Shown: positions 29,201 through 43,806 of the stretch, in pieces
Numbering within the stretch: the first letter of the stretch is position 1
Layout: every line of letters begins with the position of its first letter
Assembly: GCF_009914755.1 (NCBI RefSeq)
Contig: NC_060939.1
Strand: one strand, 5' to 3'
Origin: the human T2T-CHM13v2.0 reference genome, Homo sapiens
Length of the DNA: 64,000 nucleotides
Position numbers and translations under genes: made by a program
Notes under the pieces: generated by a model
Databases searched by the model: none
What the model was told of the DNA's origin: nothing
The model's input: only the letters and a program-made list of their open reading frames with translations

Positions 29201-30770
29201 TGCGGCACCCGGACTCACAGTGCAGCCAGACGGTGACCCGTGGGTGGCACGTGGCACTCTTTGTTCCTAGAGTGACTACATGGGCGCAGTGGCAGTGGAG
29301 ACCACTGGGCCCCTACTGAGGTCGGAGAATCCATTCTTTGGGAGTCTAGTCATGCCTCTAGCTCCATGTTGTGATCTTCCATTAGCCCAGTTTTCTTAGC
29401 TGTCCTTCTGTTTCTCTAAGTTCAGAACACAAGTCGTATTTGCTTTTTATGAAAGTGTAAGTAGGATGATGGAATGGGCTTACTGTGCCCTTTCATTAGG
29501 TTGCCCCCCTTTTTTTTTTCAAGGAGGAAAAGGTGAAATGGGAGTACTAAAGATTTCTCAATAACTTTATTCCTAGTTAAAAAGCATTACATGTTCACCG
29601 TTTACAATTTTGAATATGTAGAAAAAGAATAATTAGAGAATATTGTAGCTTTATGGTGTACACAATTCTATTCTCTCTTCTGCATTAGCATGCTTTTCTA
29701 TGAAAATGTGTTCAAGATAAATGATGTTTTGTGTAATTTCATTTCTCTTACTATTTCATGAGCATTTGTTTGTTACTATTCTATGACATTGCTGCATATA
29801 TAATCCCTTCTGAATATATACGACAATATTTAATACTTTCTATAGTTGGACATGGATTTTTAAAATATTTGCTGTTTTAAACAAAGCAGATAGGTAAACT
29901 GTGATTCCGAGAGGTTGAGTAACTTACCCAAGCTCATTTACCTGGATAGGGCTGGGCTGTGGGTCTGAAAGTGATGCTTATTTCAGGTATGTCTGGGATC
30001 TGCTCACGAGGCTGGGATGGGAGCTCAAGGGTGGTGCACGGTCCAGGGAGTCAGGTGCAAGCCAGGGCATTCCACGAGACAGCCCGAAGCCTCCTGGGCA
30101 TACAAATTGCAGCAGGAGCCAGGAAGGTGGGAAGACAGCAGTGTGTCTGGAGTCCAAGGAGAGAGGTGCTGCTGAAATGGAGAATGAGTGTCAGAGCCAG
30201 AATGGAGTATTGGAGGTAGGATGGAGAGAGAGGAAGGTGGTCCTAGCTAACGGTTCAGGTCTGAGTTCTGTAAAGAGGTTGCACCCCTGTTTCATAGTGC
30301 TTTGAGCTGAGATGGCTGCAAATCAGACCTTAGACATCTGGGGCAGGAGCAACTGATCTGTTGCATCTTTCGCTCAGCTCTTTCCAGCAGTGTGGGCGCC
30401 ATACCTTCACATGCCATTCATTCTGTTTTTTGAACCGCAGTAACCACTAGGAGGTTTTTTTAAGTGTTGTGTTAGAAATAGGCCACCTTACAACTTCCCA
30501 TACCCTGGGTTCTGGTTATGCCCTCTGGATCTACCATGAATAATCCCTATCCCTCTTCCATATTTTGATGGCTCCCCAAATAGTTGAGCACTAACCTTTC
30601 ATGGGTAGGCGGATGGTATCTAAAGCTTAGTTAGCTCTTCGGAGCTAAGACCTTTGCTCCATGCTTGATGGATTTCCTACCATACTTCCTTCTTAAGAGG
30701 GATGCCAAGGGCTGGGGAGCTCATTACCAGAGGACAAAACCAGATGAATGGGGGATGTGGGATATGGCGT

Positions 30771-31179
30771 TGTATTAGTTTGCTAGGGCTGCCCTAAGCA
30801 AACACCACAGACTGGGAGGCTTAAATGACAGAAGGATATTTTCTTATAGTTTTAGAGGCTGGAAGTCTAAGATTAAGGTGCCACAGGGTTGGCGTCCTCT
30901 GAGGTCTCATTCCTTGAATTTCAGATGGTTGCCTTCTACCTGTGTCCTCACGTGGTCTTCCCTCTGCATACACATCCCTGGTCTCTCTGTGTATCCAATT
31001 TACTCCTCTTACAAGGTCGCCAGTCACATTGGTTTAAACCCACCCATATTAGCTCATTTAACCTTAATTGCCTCTTTAAAGGATCTATCTCCAAATATAG
31101 TCAGTCACATGCTGATGTACTGGGGGTTAGGGCTTCAATATATGAATCTGGGGGAAGGAACACTATTCAGCCCATAACA
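30771..31179 (-). mobile_element. MLT1 (B/C-like) MaLR solo LTR
   Basis: tgtattagtttgctagggctgcc...attcagcccataaca termini; gaggctggaagtctaagattaaggtg. Confidence 0.85.
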
Positions 31180-31474
31180 GACACCAAAGAGATTAGTACC
31201 AAACCAAGACTACACTCCTGCCTCTTTGCCAAAAGTTTTCGGTAAGGAGCTGTATTGTAATTTTTCTCTCTAAGTACTTGAGGAATTGATGATATAGTTT
31301 TTTTTTTAAATAACTTTTAAAAATTACAGAATCACAAGTTGTGGCAAAATACAGGAAAGTCCCCTGTATCCTTCTTCCTGTTTCCCCTGCTGTTGATGTC
31401 ATGGTAACTATCACACAGTAGCAAAACCAGGAAGTTAACATTGCTGTGATCCATAAAATTTATTCAGATTTCTC

Positions 31475-31785
31475 TTTTTTTTTTTTTTATTCTTTTTTGA
31501 CATGAAGTCTCACTCTGTCACCCAGGCTGGAGCACAGTGGCGCCATCTTGGCTCACTGCTGCCTCTGCCTCCTGGGTTCAAGTGATTCTCGTGCCTCATC
31601 CTCCCGAGTAGCTGAGATTATAGGTGCCTGCCACCACACCCGGTTACTTTTTTTTTTGTATTTTTAGTAAAGACAGGGTTTCGTCATGTTGTCCAGGCTG
31701 CTCTCGAACTCCTGACCTCAAGTGCTCCGCCTGCCTCGGCCTCCCAGAGTGCTGGAATTACAGGCATGAGCCACTGCGCCCGGCC
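31475..31785 (-). mobile_element. Alu (J/S) inserted in an old L1 fragment (about 31290-31855)
   Basis: Reverse-complement Alu; TSD agatttctc at 31466-31474 and 31787-31795. Confidence 0.93.
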
Positions 31786-31930
31786 AAGATTTCTCCAGTT
31801 TTATATGTGCTCATTTGTGTGTCTGTGTATAGTTCTGTGCAATTGTATCAAATGTGGATGATGCAGTTTTAAGAATGCAGATTGGGATCAAGATGAAACC
31901 AGATAATTTTGAGTTGTGTGTGTTAGGCAG

Positions 31931-31961
31931 ACACACGCGCGTGCACGCACACACACACACG
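31931..31961. repeat. Alternating purine-pyrimidine CA/CG tract
   Basis: acacacgcgcgtgcacgcacacacacacacg. Confidence 0.85.
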
Positions 31962-33994
31962 GCACAGAGACAGGCTGGCAGATTCTCCTGAGGATGGATG
32001 TTCTGGAGAGAATGGGAGCTGGCCAGCGGAAAGGGGTTCTTTGAGAAGGGAGGCTTTGCTGTTTGCCTGAATACACAGAACAAGTGCTCTAACTCAGGAG
32101 GCACACGTATTAGACACAAAAATGTGTCACGTTTTCTTTGTTTATCACTTATCCTGAACCCCAGTGCAGCCCTCTGTGTTTCCGTTAATAATGCAAAGAG
32201 AATAATTCTCAGATTTCATCTGCCAAGTGTTTGATTAGTACGAAGGGCCCCCGAATACTGGCCAGCAACCAAAGAGAACCAAATTTCCTTTCAGAGCCCT
32301 GGGAGCAAAGAGTTATTTGCCTCTGATGAGTTTTTATTTTAACTTGACATTGGGTAAAATGTGTTTTAACTCTCCAAAGAACGTGGATTGGGTATGGATC
32401 AAATATACTGTGACTGAAGTTCATCTGAAAAAATAATTAAAAAGCCATCTCTCGTGGGAGCAAGCATTGCTCATTATATTCTTGCAACTTCATTGATATT
32501 GAAGTTTCCTTCGTTAATTTCTTTTTCTAAAATAAATGGCACTATAAAAGTGGTCAGTTTGTTTTGGCCATATTCCATTCCCTCTCCCCAGCTGCTGGTC
32601 ACATGCCATTTTCAGTGTGTTTGTAGCAGCCTGCTAGGAAACAGCCTGTGGCTCTTACCTGGTGCTTCCATATTGCCTGGGCTGATAGGTGTTTCTCATT
32701 CATTCGCAGCCACTCATAACTCATGCCCTGTGGTTCATGGCATCACCGCTGTGCCTGCTGCCTGGGTGACCTTTGGACAAGACTCTGTGGGCTCTGGAGC
32801 CCAACAGTCTTGAAATTGAAATCCTGGCCCCTCCACGACTCCTGGGTTTTGGATGAGTTTCCAATTGCCCTGAGACTTTTGCCTTTTCAGTAAAATGGTC
32901 TGGTCTACCTGGCCAGGCTTTCCATGAACGTCAGGTGTCCTGTACACGGTGGGGATCAGTAAATGCTGCCCTTTTCATCCTTATGGTCATAGCATCTCCA
33001 TTTCCAGATGTAGAAATTAAGGCACAGATGGATACATGACTGAACTGTTTAAACGCAGGAGCAGATCTTTGGACAAGAGCCCTTGGAACCTGATTTTCAG
33101 CCTGGGATGTGATCCATCTTATAGAGCTGAGAATAGCAACCTCTTCAGTCCTGAATTAAACCAGCAGCGCTCTTCTTTTCCTGAAGACCCCCTCCAGTGG
33201 CTCATCTCAAAGTGCATGAAGTGCTAGCATTGCCCCAGGCAGGAGGAGAGCCAGTTTGTATTAATTTGGAGGCAGCCCAGAGTATGGCCATTGCCCCAGT
33301 GTGATGTATGGATTGGCTTTCTGGGTTCTAGCATGTCGCTTCTTAATTTGGAAGCATATTAGCTCAATTTTCTTTTAAATAACGTATTCTTATTTTAGTA
33401 ACATTGAGAAAAACAGAAATGTAATAAGAAAACCTAAATAATATGTAATCCAGATACCTATAGAAAATTATTGTCAGTAGTTAGGTATATTTTATTCCAG
33501 CCTTTTTTCTTTGTATATCGTTTTGCTTAGTTAAAAACCATACTATAAATAAACCTGCTTTTTATCAGTTGGCATATTATAAAGTTTTTCCTGGGTCATA
33601 AACAATATACATCATTTTAGATAATTGCATATTATTTTGTCAATCTAGAAATGCTGGAATTTGCTAGTTGGGCATTTAGGTGATGAATGTCTCTGTGGCT
33701 TTAGCCTTGTCGACGTTGGCTGAAAACTTTAAAAGCTCAGGTTAGTTCAGATAGATTCAGTGTGAGCTGAAAGCCAGCCCCCTGGCCCTGCGGTGACTTT
33801 TTCCAAAAGATAAATGAGTGAGGCCAGGAGTGTCATGCAGACGGGCTTTGGGCCGGCTATGGGTGTTGGCATTCTTGTTTTGAAACCCCCTTCCACATCT
33901 GCTCAGGGGTCACAATCTTAAGTGCTGAAGGGGTGCAGCTGATGAATGAGAAAAGCAGACAGTGTGGAGCCTGGGGAGCTGGTCCTTGCCTCGT

Positions 33995-34105
33995 CCTTCA
34001 CCATTTGTTGCCCTGTGGGAGTGCAAAGTTAGTGTTTCCAGATCTTCTGATTGTTAAGAGAGGCTGGAAATCCGTATTTTTCAAGAGGATTGAGTTGCCA
34101 ACTCA
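33995..34105 (-). mobile_element. MER102-like hAT fragment
   Basis: gtgtttccagatcttctgatt..aagagaggctggaaatccgtattttt resembles the reverse complement of the MER102 consensus. Confidence 0.55.
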
Positions 34106-35244
34106 TTGAAATCTTCTCCAAGCCCTTTGCGAGTCAGCATTGGTTAGCATGTCTCGAACACATGGTAGCTCAAACACACACGGTAGCTTGCCATGGTGGC
34201 AATTTCAAATTGCATTCATTGATTTCAAAAGACCATCAATTTCAAATTGCATTCATCTTTTGAGTTGCAAATAAATAAAACACGAAAAAAGAAAAGAAAG
34301 GAAAGCTGTCGCACATTGTGAATGTCACAGCCAGAAAAAAAGTGTTCTTCGCTGTGGTTCTGAATGTTAGGGGTATTGGATTTGGAGGAAGAGGACAGGG
34401 GATCTTGCACGAACAGAGGACAACCTGGCAGGAGTGAGGGTAACACCACTGCTGAGCGGACCCACTCCTACTGACACCTTGCTTACTGCCTCACAATGAT
34501 GGGGATTCCCAGGATTGGAAAGAAATGAAACCATTTTCCTAAGCCAGAGGAAGAAAAGCACGGTTCAAGGTTCCCCGAAGAGAGTATTGGGATGCAGAAA
34601 CCAAAACCATTTGTGGCTGGTTGGGGCCTACAGATATTTACTGTGTGTGCAAGAGCATCTTTGTGAAGAAACTTTAGAACATAGCACTGAAGTGTTTGAT
34701 AGGCAGGAAATAGGACCAGAGAGGCCCAGGATGACCTGAAGAAAGGTGAAAGTCCATGTGAGGGAATTTTCCTTCCAGAAGGATGTCAAAGAATACTGCT
34801 AGTTACTTCTTTACTCCGGCTTCCTTACTGCACCTGACTGGGGAAGGCACACCCATCTTATTTGCTTTTCAACTGTGGCACAGGTATTGTTCTTAAAAAA
34901 GATTTTGAGACATTTCCTCTAATAACATGCGTATTGTTTCTCTTCAGTTAAGACTGTTTACTTTTCTGAGAGAGAATAATCTTGGCTTCATTTTCTTTTT
35001 GTCCTTTTCACCTACAAGAAGCATTCTGTGAGAGCAGATGGCATGAACGGTTTGGTTTCTGTCGAGCATTGTGTTTTGCTATTGTTAACACTGGGATTTG
35101 AGGTTCATGGTCTTCCTCCTTAGTGGGAAGTAAGTTCTTCATTGCTAGATAATTTTTTAGTGTTAAAATGCCTCACAGAAGAGTCTCTTGTGAATATTTG
35201 CTTTTGTCTGTCTGTCCAGTACCTTGTTTTTTTTTTTTTTTTTT

Positions 35245-35660
35245 AACTAGGAAACTACCTCTCCCATCTTAGGTGGTTGCTGTGGGTTGCAGAAGTGGCC
35301 ATGTGGTCAGTCCGGGCATGGTCAATTGTGACACAGAGAAGGTCTACAGTAGTCTACAGTGACAGGCCCCAGAAGTGGGCCAATCAGAGTCCACTGTGGG
35401 GCGAGAGAAGTGGACTGAGAGAAATGGACCATCTTCTCTTGTAGGACTGCTACTGAAAGAACTCTGAATACCCAGAGATTCCAGTGTCCATCATTGCTGC
35501 CACATGCAGAGAACTTGCCTAAGAATGAATGAACTTGCCTACAGAGAAAAGTAGACCAAGGAAAAGGGAGAGCAAAAGGGCTTCCTAGATCCAGCCGTGC
35601 TTGAAGCTAGCATCTAGCCCTTAGAATCCTAGTCACTTGAACACATAAATTATCCTTTCC
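35245..35660 (+). mobile_element. Old MLT1 (J/K-like) LTR
   Basis: gtggccatgtg, ctgccacatgcagagaacttgcctaagaatga, gatccagccgtgcttgaagcta. Confidence 0.55.
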
Positions 35661-36307
35661 AACATCTACAGCTGCCAGGTTTCTGCCTCATCAGGCTTGA
35701 GTGCCTGTCATGTCATAGGAGTTGGTCTGGATTGCTTCCCTCTTGAGGTATAACCAAGCATCTTTGAATAGGGATAGAGTCCAGGGGAAACTCAAGTAAG
35801 GCATTTGTTCTCTGCTCAAAGTGCTAGTTCTTTCACAGTACAAAGATTAACCACTCATGAGACTCTGAAGAACCCCTGACCCTATGCATAAAATGAAAGG
35901 GGCTAGCTTGAAAGCGTTGGCTTAGCTCTTCATTTCGTTATTTCAGAGGCATTGAAGTTACAGGACTTAGATGCCAAAAGGAGTATCCCCTCTCCACCTT
36001 TCTCCCTACCTATCAAAAACAAACAAAAGTATTTAAAAATAACCTGTTGGCAGGCTTTGTGCAGGAACAGTAAGTGTTTAATAGCACATTGCGTATGTGG
36101 GCAGGAGCATGTTGAGCATGCTCAGTTTATTCAATGGCTCGTTTATTGAATGGAAAAAATATAACCAATCCTGGCTCTTTTACTTGACTGCAATTGCCAA
36201 AGGTACCTTAACTCCCTCAAATGACTTCATATTGTCAGGAATGAATAAGCTAAATAAATGAGTATGTTCCATTCCCAGCGTGGCTTTGCCATTTCATTCC
36301 TGCCAAG

Positions 36308-36308
<1 letters not shown>

Positions 36309-36363
<55 letters not shown>
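36309..36363. repeat. (TG)20(CG)4 compound microsatellite
   Basis: Direct read: cg(tg)20(cg)4cacgc. Confidence 0.97.
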
Positions 36364-36364
<1 letters not shown>

Positions 36365-39274
36365 CATGCTTATTTTAAACCACATAATAGACAAATATGA
36401 AGATACCAAAGCCTTGGGTGGCTAGTGGACACTCATCAAAATCGAGATGTATTTCTTTAGCGCTCAGATTCAAGAATCTGGCTTCAGAATGTCAGGAGTC
36501 ATCGTTGGCTGCTTGAAGCTAAAGGTTCTTGGATGTGCCTTGCGGGAGTCGGGGCCATAACCTTTTCGAATTATGTGGAGATTTACGTGTATATGTACCC
36601 TGGGAGGAAAGCTTTGACTGGATTGAATGAGGTTCATGACCCACAGAAGGTTAAAACCATATAAAGACCTAATGTTAGACTTTGGTGACAGGCATTTTGG
36701 GGTGAGATAAGTCTAGCTAGTTGAGGTGAGATAGGCTGTATGGAGTGACAGATGGCATTTAGAGACTGGAATGTTGTTCACTGTTCAGCTCTTAGCTTGT
36801 TTTGCTCCCTGGAGAGCCACTGTACTTACAACAGGAAGCATATAAGCATCACTTAGGCAACTGTGGTGAAAAGTCAGAATGCATTCTCAGCGGCATTGGA
36901 GACACCCCTCGGCCCTCCACTCCCCCGAAAATTCCTTTGGGGCTGAAATTTTCCATCCCTTCTTTCAGCCTAACCGTGGGTGTTTTGGGTAATATTCAGC
37001 AGATTTTCTGTGCTGGTTTGAACTGATGCACAGATAGGAAAATCAAAACTTTTTTTTTTTTAGTTCTAAAAGCAAAAACACTTTAAAATGGCACTTGGAT
37101 CATTAATAGAATCTGAACTCTCAAAGTCAAAATTTTCCATGTGTTCTTACTAAGAAAAAGACTCACTGTTGGGGCAATTAAAAACAAAGGCAGAAAGTTG
37201 TGAGGGACTAAACAATTCTGGGGACATGAATGAACTGGCCAAACTTTTTATTGGCAAACCTTTTATGGGATAGTTGGTGCATTTGAGAAACCCTCTATTT
37301 TATACCACGGCCTCCTATTTCGGGTGTCGGGGGACTGAGGGAGGATTGGCGTTGCACTCATTCTGATGGCTCTCCAAGGAGAGATACTTTTCTCCCTTTC
37401 TCTCTGTAATGTTCCAAGCAAGTGGGGCCAATGGGTGTGATTTCTCCCTGCTTCCCTTTCTGGGCAAGATGCTATTACCATAAGAACATTCACGTTTGCC
37501 CACCTGCCTTGTGGGTTGTTAATGGAGTTTACAAAGGGAATTTGGATTCTCAGCAAGAGGTCTCATTAACACAGCAAGGATCTAATAGATTCTAAAATTG
37601 CGTATGGACACTGGAACCTTTTGAAACCTGGTGGTGTCTATTATTAGATCTAAATCATTTCGCCAACCCTGGCCTCAGGCTGTACATTTGTATCATGGGG
37701 CAAAGAGCCTTCTCTTCATCAAGGTAGATCTACCATATTGATTGAAGAACATGTTAATACCTGTGATTCTGGTGACAAGACAAGGTAAAAAGGCTATTAG
37801 GCAGTACATAGAGGAAAATGTCTCCCACATTGGTGCTTTTATTTTATTTTTAAATATCAGCCTTGTTACTGGTTGTGTGTTTAATACTAGGATTCATTAC
37901 TATCATAAAGAGAGTTTAACAGCTGTCTGCTTATTTAGACAAGTGCGTTAAGCACAGGTGAGTTTGAATAGTGACCATAATACCGCTGAATACACTAGCT
38001 CCCATTTATGGGGTCGCAGCTGTTATGACATACAGACAACCAGTATTTTGCATATACTCTCTCACTCCCTCCTCATAAAGCCCAAGGAGATAGAGGCTGT
38101 TATTCTTTCTGTGTAGGTAAAGGAGCTAAAGTTCATGGGGCTTAAGCAGCTTGTTCAGGGTCATATGGTTAGTGAGTGGCACGGCCCAAGCTACAGTCCG
38201 GTCTGGTCTCCGTTATCCCAAGGGCCTTATCTTTCCCATCGTATGCTACCCCTCCACCATCCCCAGGCATGATTACATCCACACCAGGATAATATAGGAC
38301 CCCAAGAATGTCACACTAAGTATGAAAAGTGACTCAACCCAACTACCTAAATAGGTATACAGCTCTTTCTCAGTATAGTACCCACCTGCGGTGCTTTGTC
38401 ATTTTAGCTGTAAAGTATGAAATGGTGAGGCGTTTCTAGGCCAGGAGACGTCTGATGGGTCTGGGGTATTCAGGGCCTAGTTCTGTGGGAATTTTAAAAA
38501 CTCTCATCAGATAAAGCATTGCTCCCACAAAAAAATCATGTGAGTTGTTTTCAAAATCTCCTTGTAGTAAAGTGAGAGAAGCTCACTCACCAGACGGTTT
38601 TGTTTACACTTCAGGCCTGGCAGCATTTAATTGGTATACATTCACTGCACTTATGCAACTTGGACTTGAGTGTTTCACTCCCAGACTTGATGAAGCTGAC
38701 TTGCTTTTCTGAGCGAGTCAGGAGTGATTTTAAAACATACTAGACGCCAGCGGGGACAAAAATGGTAAGAAGGTAGGGCAAGAAAGACTTCATGGATCAT
38801 GGATGAATACATGAGAAAGAACAAGAAGTAGAGATAATGTAATCCCCAAGACCTTTCCTCATGGGGAAATAATCAGCATGAGCAGTTATTGAGCTCTGTG
38901 GTGTTCTGAAGACCCTCAGGAGTGGCGTGTCCACATACATGAACTGTGTTTGCAGAAGAAGGTGGTTACACGATGGATGGATTGGGAGTGGCAAAGGCAG
39001 GCCTCCTTAAGGCATCCTCAAGGATTTGACGTCCAAGTAGGTGAACTCTCTTCCAACTCTATGTCCTGAAGCCACATTTTCCCGAAGTCATTGAGATAGC
39101 GTTTTGGTGACCTTCAGAAAAAATGACAGTCTCTTACTGGTCCATCTTGGGGAGTGAAGAGAGGGTCTGGAGATTAAATTGGGTGAGGGACCACGTGTTC
39201 CATGTTGGAGCATTGGTGCAAAGTTGGGAGACTCAGCTCCTCCAGCTTATGATGACAGGTTCATATTTCCAGTC

Positions 39275-39765
39275 TTTTTTTAATTAAAAAAGTTGTAAAT
39301 TTTGGTAAAATATTCATACAGGTCACCATCTTAACCATTTTCAGCTGTACAGTTTGATAGTGTTAAGCACATTCACATTGTTGTGCAACAGATGTCCAGA
39401 ACATTTTCATCTTGCAAAACTGAAATTACCTCTTCAACAACAACTCCCATTCCACCCCCTCTCCAGGCCCTGGCAACCACCATTCTACTTTCTGTCTCTA
39501 TGAATTTGACTACTCTAAGTGCCTCAGATAAGATCGTAGAGTATCTGTCTTTTGTGACTGGTTTATTTCACGTAGCAGGTTGCTCTCAAGGTTCATCCAT
39601 GTTGCAGCATTGGGTCAGAATTTCCTTCCTATGTATATTATATACCAAATATTCCACTCTATGCTTAAAACATATTTTGTTTGTCCATTCATCTATGAAT
39701 GGACATTTGGGTTGTTTCCACCTCTTGGCTATTGTGAATAATGCTGCTGTGAACATGGGTGTGCC
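39275..39765 (-). mobile_element. L1MB-type 3' end
   Basis: accatcttaaccattttc, cctggcaaccaccattctactttctgtctctatgaatttgact, ctattgtgaataatgctgctgtgaacatgg. Confidence 0.88.
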
Positions 39766-41061
39766 ATGTATTTTCAGCCTTATAAAAGTATATCTCCATC
39801 TGGGTATCCTAAGGTGTGTTAAACTCAGTAAATCCATAATTCATCTCTTTAATTTTCTCCCAGGTTTGCCTTATTGACCAGCCTTGTCCTCCCCTCTCTC
39901 TTCCTGCATTTAAAAGCTCCAGCCTCTCATGGATCAGGGTTCCTGCACCTCTCTGATGTCTGGTCCCCAGCCTCCTCTACTCGTCCCCTCCCTGCCACAG
40001 GTCAGCTCTCAGCACCTCTCAACTGGACCACTGCATCTACCTCTGATGAGTTTCACTGTGCCCAATCCAGCCTGTCTCCAAGTTGTCCTTCACATTGCCA
40101 CTGTTCCAAAGCAGGCTGTGAACTTTATGAACCCAGAGAGATGTGCGTTGTTCTGGAACCTTTGTTACAAAGGTTCCAAGAGCTCTGCATGGGATTTAAT
40201 TTTATTTTGTTACATGCCCAATGAGTAATAACCATATGGTTATGTGTATTAATATAATGCATATGGTGAGATTATAGTATTGTATTTTTGAGACACTTAA
40301 AATAACCTGACTCCATTTTAACAGAGGTGTTAAATTTAATTGTCTACATTTTATTCATTCATTCAACACATATTAATTGATAACTTACGATGTGTCAGTC
40401 CCCGTACAAGGTGCTGGGGATACATGGATGAATCAGACCTAGCTTCTGTCTGTAGGAGTAATAATAAAATCACCCAATGTTTATTAAGCACTTATTGTGT
40501 GCCAGAGACTGGGCTAAGTTCTTGACATATATTATCTGGTGTAATTCTCAAAACAACCCCTGAGTTAGTTTTTATTTGCCGCGCTTTATGGGAGGAAATC
40601 CTGATGCAAAGAGCTTGAGTAAAGGGACACCTTGGGGATTGGAGTCAAGGGGGTTCTTGCTCCTCACAATATTCTCAACTACTGTGTTTTCCTGCTTCAC
40701 AGCAAAGTGTACCAGCGAGTGTCATGCAAAAGCCAACAGTTTGAAACAGGAAGGGCAAAATGAAATGAAACACCAGGCTGATACATATGCATTTATAGAT
40801 GTGGAGCTGGAAAATATTGACCAAATGTGCTCAGAAATATTTTACAATTGTGAATAATGACCAGTCCCTTGCAAGGAGACAGCCTTCCAAACCGTAGTTA
40901 CTGTTAGAGAAAAGAAACAACATTCTGCATGTCCTCAAAGCAAGAGCTCACGTAAACTCGGTTTTTCATAGGTGTCAAATGCTGCTCCCTGATGCGATGC
41001 ATTATGCAGGCAAAGAAATAACATGACAAAGCCTCTCTCACAGCCTCAGAAAGGAAGGTGA

Positions 41062-41530
<469 letters not shown>

Positions 41531-41541
41531 TAAGTGTGGAA

Positions 41542-41582
41542 ACACACACACACGCACACACACACACACACACACTCACACA
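41542..41582. repeat. Interrupted (CA)n microsatellite
   Basis: acacacacacacgcacacacacacacacacactcacaca. Confidence 0.9.
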
Positions 41583-42201
41583 GGAGTAGATGAAGGGAAA
41601 AAACAGAGATTGCTATTCATCACACAAAAGCCAAGCATGTTCTTTTAAGAAATCACTGTTGCTGGAGACTTTTAGGCAAGTGATGTGAGCATTGAAGAGA
41701 CTTTTAGTGTAAAATCAAGGTGGAAGATTAGGTTCAGTAGTTTGTAGTCTGCAGTGGTGACTGTCTTAGAAAGCTTTGGCTGGTAGGAAGCTCCATTGAG
41801 AGAGTGCATATCGTATGCAAGGCACTGAGCTCACTGTTGCCTTTATGATTGTTCACTTCATCTTCATAATGGCTGTTTTTCCTCAGTAGGAAACTGAGGC
41901 TCAGCAGAATTAGTAACTTGTGCAAAGTCATACCTCCTAGTAGGTCAGTGATGAGACTTGAATATAATGTTCACTGATCAAATCTGGCCTGAAATTGAGA
42001 TTTCATAGAATAATTGATTTTTTGTCATCATGGAAAACTTAAAACATATTCAAAATTAAAAAGGATGGTTGAATGAATCCCTGTGTGCCCATTTTCCAGT
42101 AATTATCAGCATGTTGCCTTTCTTGTTTTATCTCTACCCCTACCTGGCCTCCCTTCTCCGTGATTATTTTGAAGCAAATTTTAGATATACCATTTTATTA
42201 G

Positions 42202-42495
<294 letters not shown>

Positions 42496-43389
42496 TATTT
42501 GCAGTTATTTCTGAAAGTTATTTCAAAACATAATCACAATCCCATTCTCATGGTCGTTAGATCTAGAGACTTTATCAGCTTCAGGTTTCATTTCTTAGGG
42601 GCACTGATCTTTAATTGGTGACAATGATGATGATGTGTGCTTCCATCATGGGACACATGTAGCTTTTGTGGTGTTAACAGCTATGCTTGGCCATGGCCTT
42701 GGGGGTGGTGATATTTAAATTCCATCATTACTCCTTTGATTGCTTCTACTAAGAGAATCTTCCCCATTTCAACTATTTTGTTATCCTGAGTTAGAATTGG
42801 AATGAGAAAAGGAGGAAAAATCCTCCCCAATTACTAAAAACAATTTAAAATTTAAGATTTTTTTTTCGGTTATTTTTCTCCTTAAGGTATATCCTATTAG
42901 AAATATACAGCAAAATTACTGTGTTTTACAGTAATGGAAAATGGCTTCTCTCTGTGCAGTTATGACTCCAATGAACAATTAAGTTTGCTTCATTTTGCTT
43001 TTGATTTTTATAGATTGCTTTTCCAAAAATATATAATTATGTAAGCTATTTACAGGGCTTCAAACTCAAATCTACAAACCAAGAATATTCTGAGAATTCT
43101 AGCTTCTAAGCCTGTCATTTCTGTTCCATTTCTTACCTTGGAAGTAATCAATTTTTCTTTGTTTTTGGATTTTATCTTTCTGTTTTAAAAAATGACCAAA
43201 TACATTTATATATTATTAGCTTCCTTTTTTGTAATAAAATGTAGTTTATACAGTTTCTCTACTTTTTCACCTAAAAAGCATACTAAAAAAATCACAGAAT
43301 ATTGCAGTATATAAAGGATCAGGATAACAAGCAGTACATAGAGACATAGAATCATTGAATTTTTAGAGATGTTAATAATAGCAAACATG

Positions 43390-43610
43390 TGGCACTCTGT
43401 GCTACACACTGTTTTCAGTGCTTTACATAAAGTAACTCATTCTTGTAACAACAGTAATCTTCTGGGGGTATGTACTATTATTATCCTCATTCTGTAGGTG
43501 AGGCAACTGAGGCACAGAGAGGTTGGGTAACTTGCCCAAGGTCTCAGAGCTAGTAAGTAGCAGAACTTGAATACAGTTGTCTGCTGTTAAATGCCACATT
43601 ACACTGCTTC
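43390..43610. mobile_element. MIR
   Basis: tgaggcaactgaggcacagagaggttgggtaacttgcccaaggtc. Confidence 0.8.
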
Positions 43611-43806
43611 AGAATTGCCAGAGTTTAATTTTCTGATTTTTATGAGTCAGGAAATTACAACCCTAGGATGGTTATGTTAAAGATCTGAATACTCACGTGC
43701 CCTGTCCCCAGGGTTCTTACTTTTTCTGATGGTACTGGCTTTTCTTGCAGCTTAGTGTTGAGTCTGGGCTTTGATTTTTACCTAACTATAAGCTAAAAAC
43801 TTAGAC

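Noticed and set aside
34270-34304. Tandem AATAAA followed by an A-rich run (retrocopy tail or intronic polyA site)
   Set aside because: No TSD or recognisable parent mRNA; the genomic A-run would also cause oligo-dT mispriming, so sequence alone cannot support it
39586-39837. ORF with PMFTAALFTIAKRWKQPKCP
   Set aside because: Decayed L1 ORF2 C-terminus; not a functional gene
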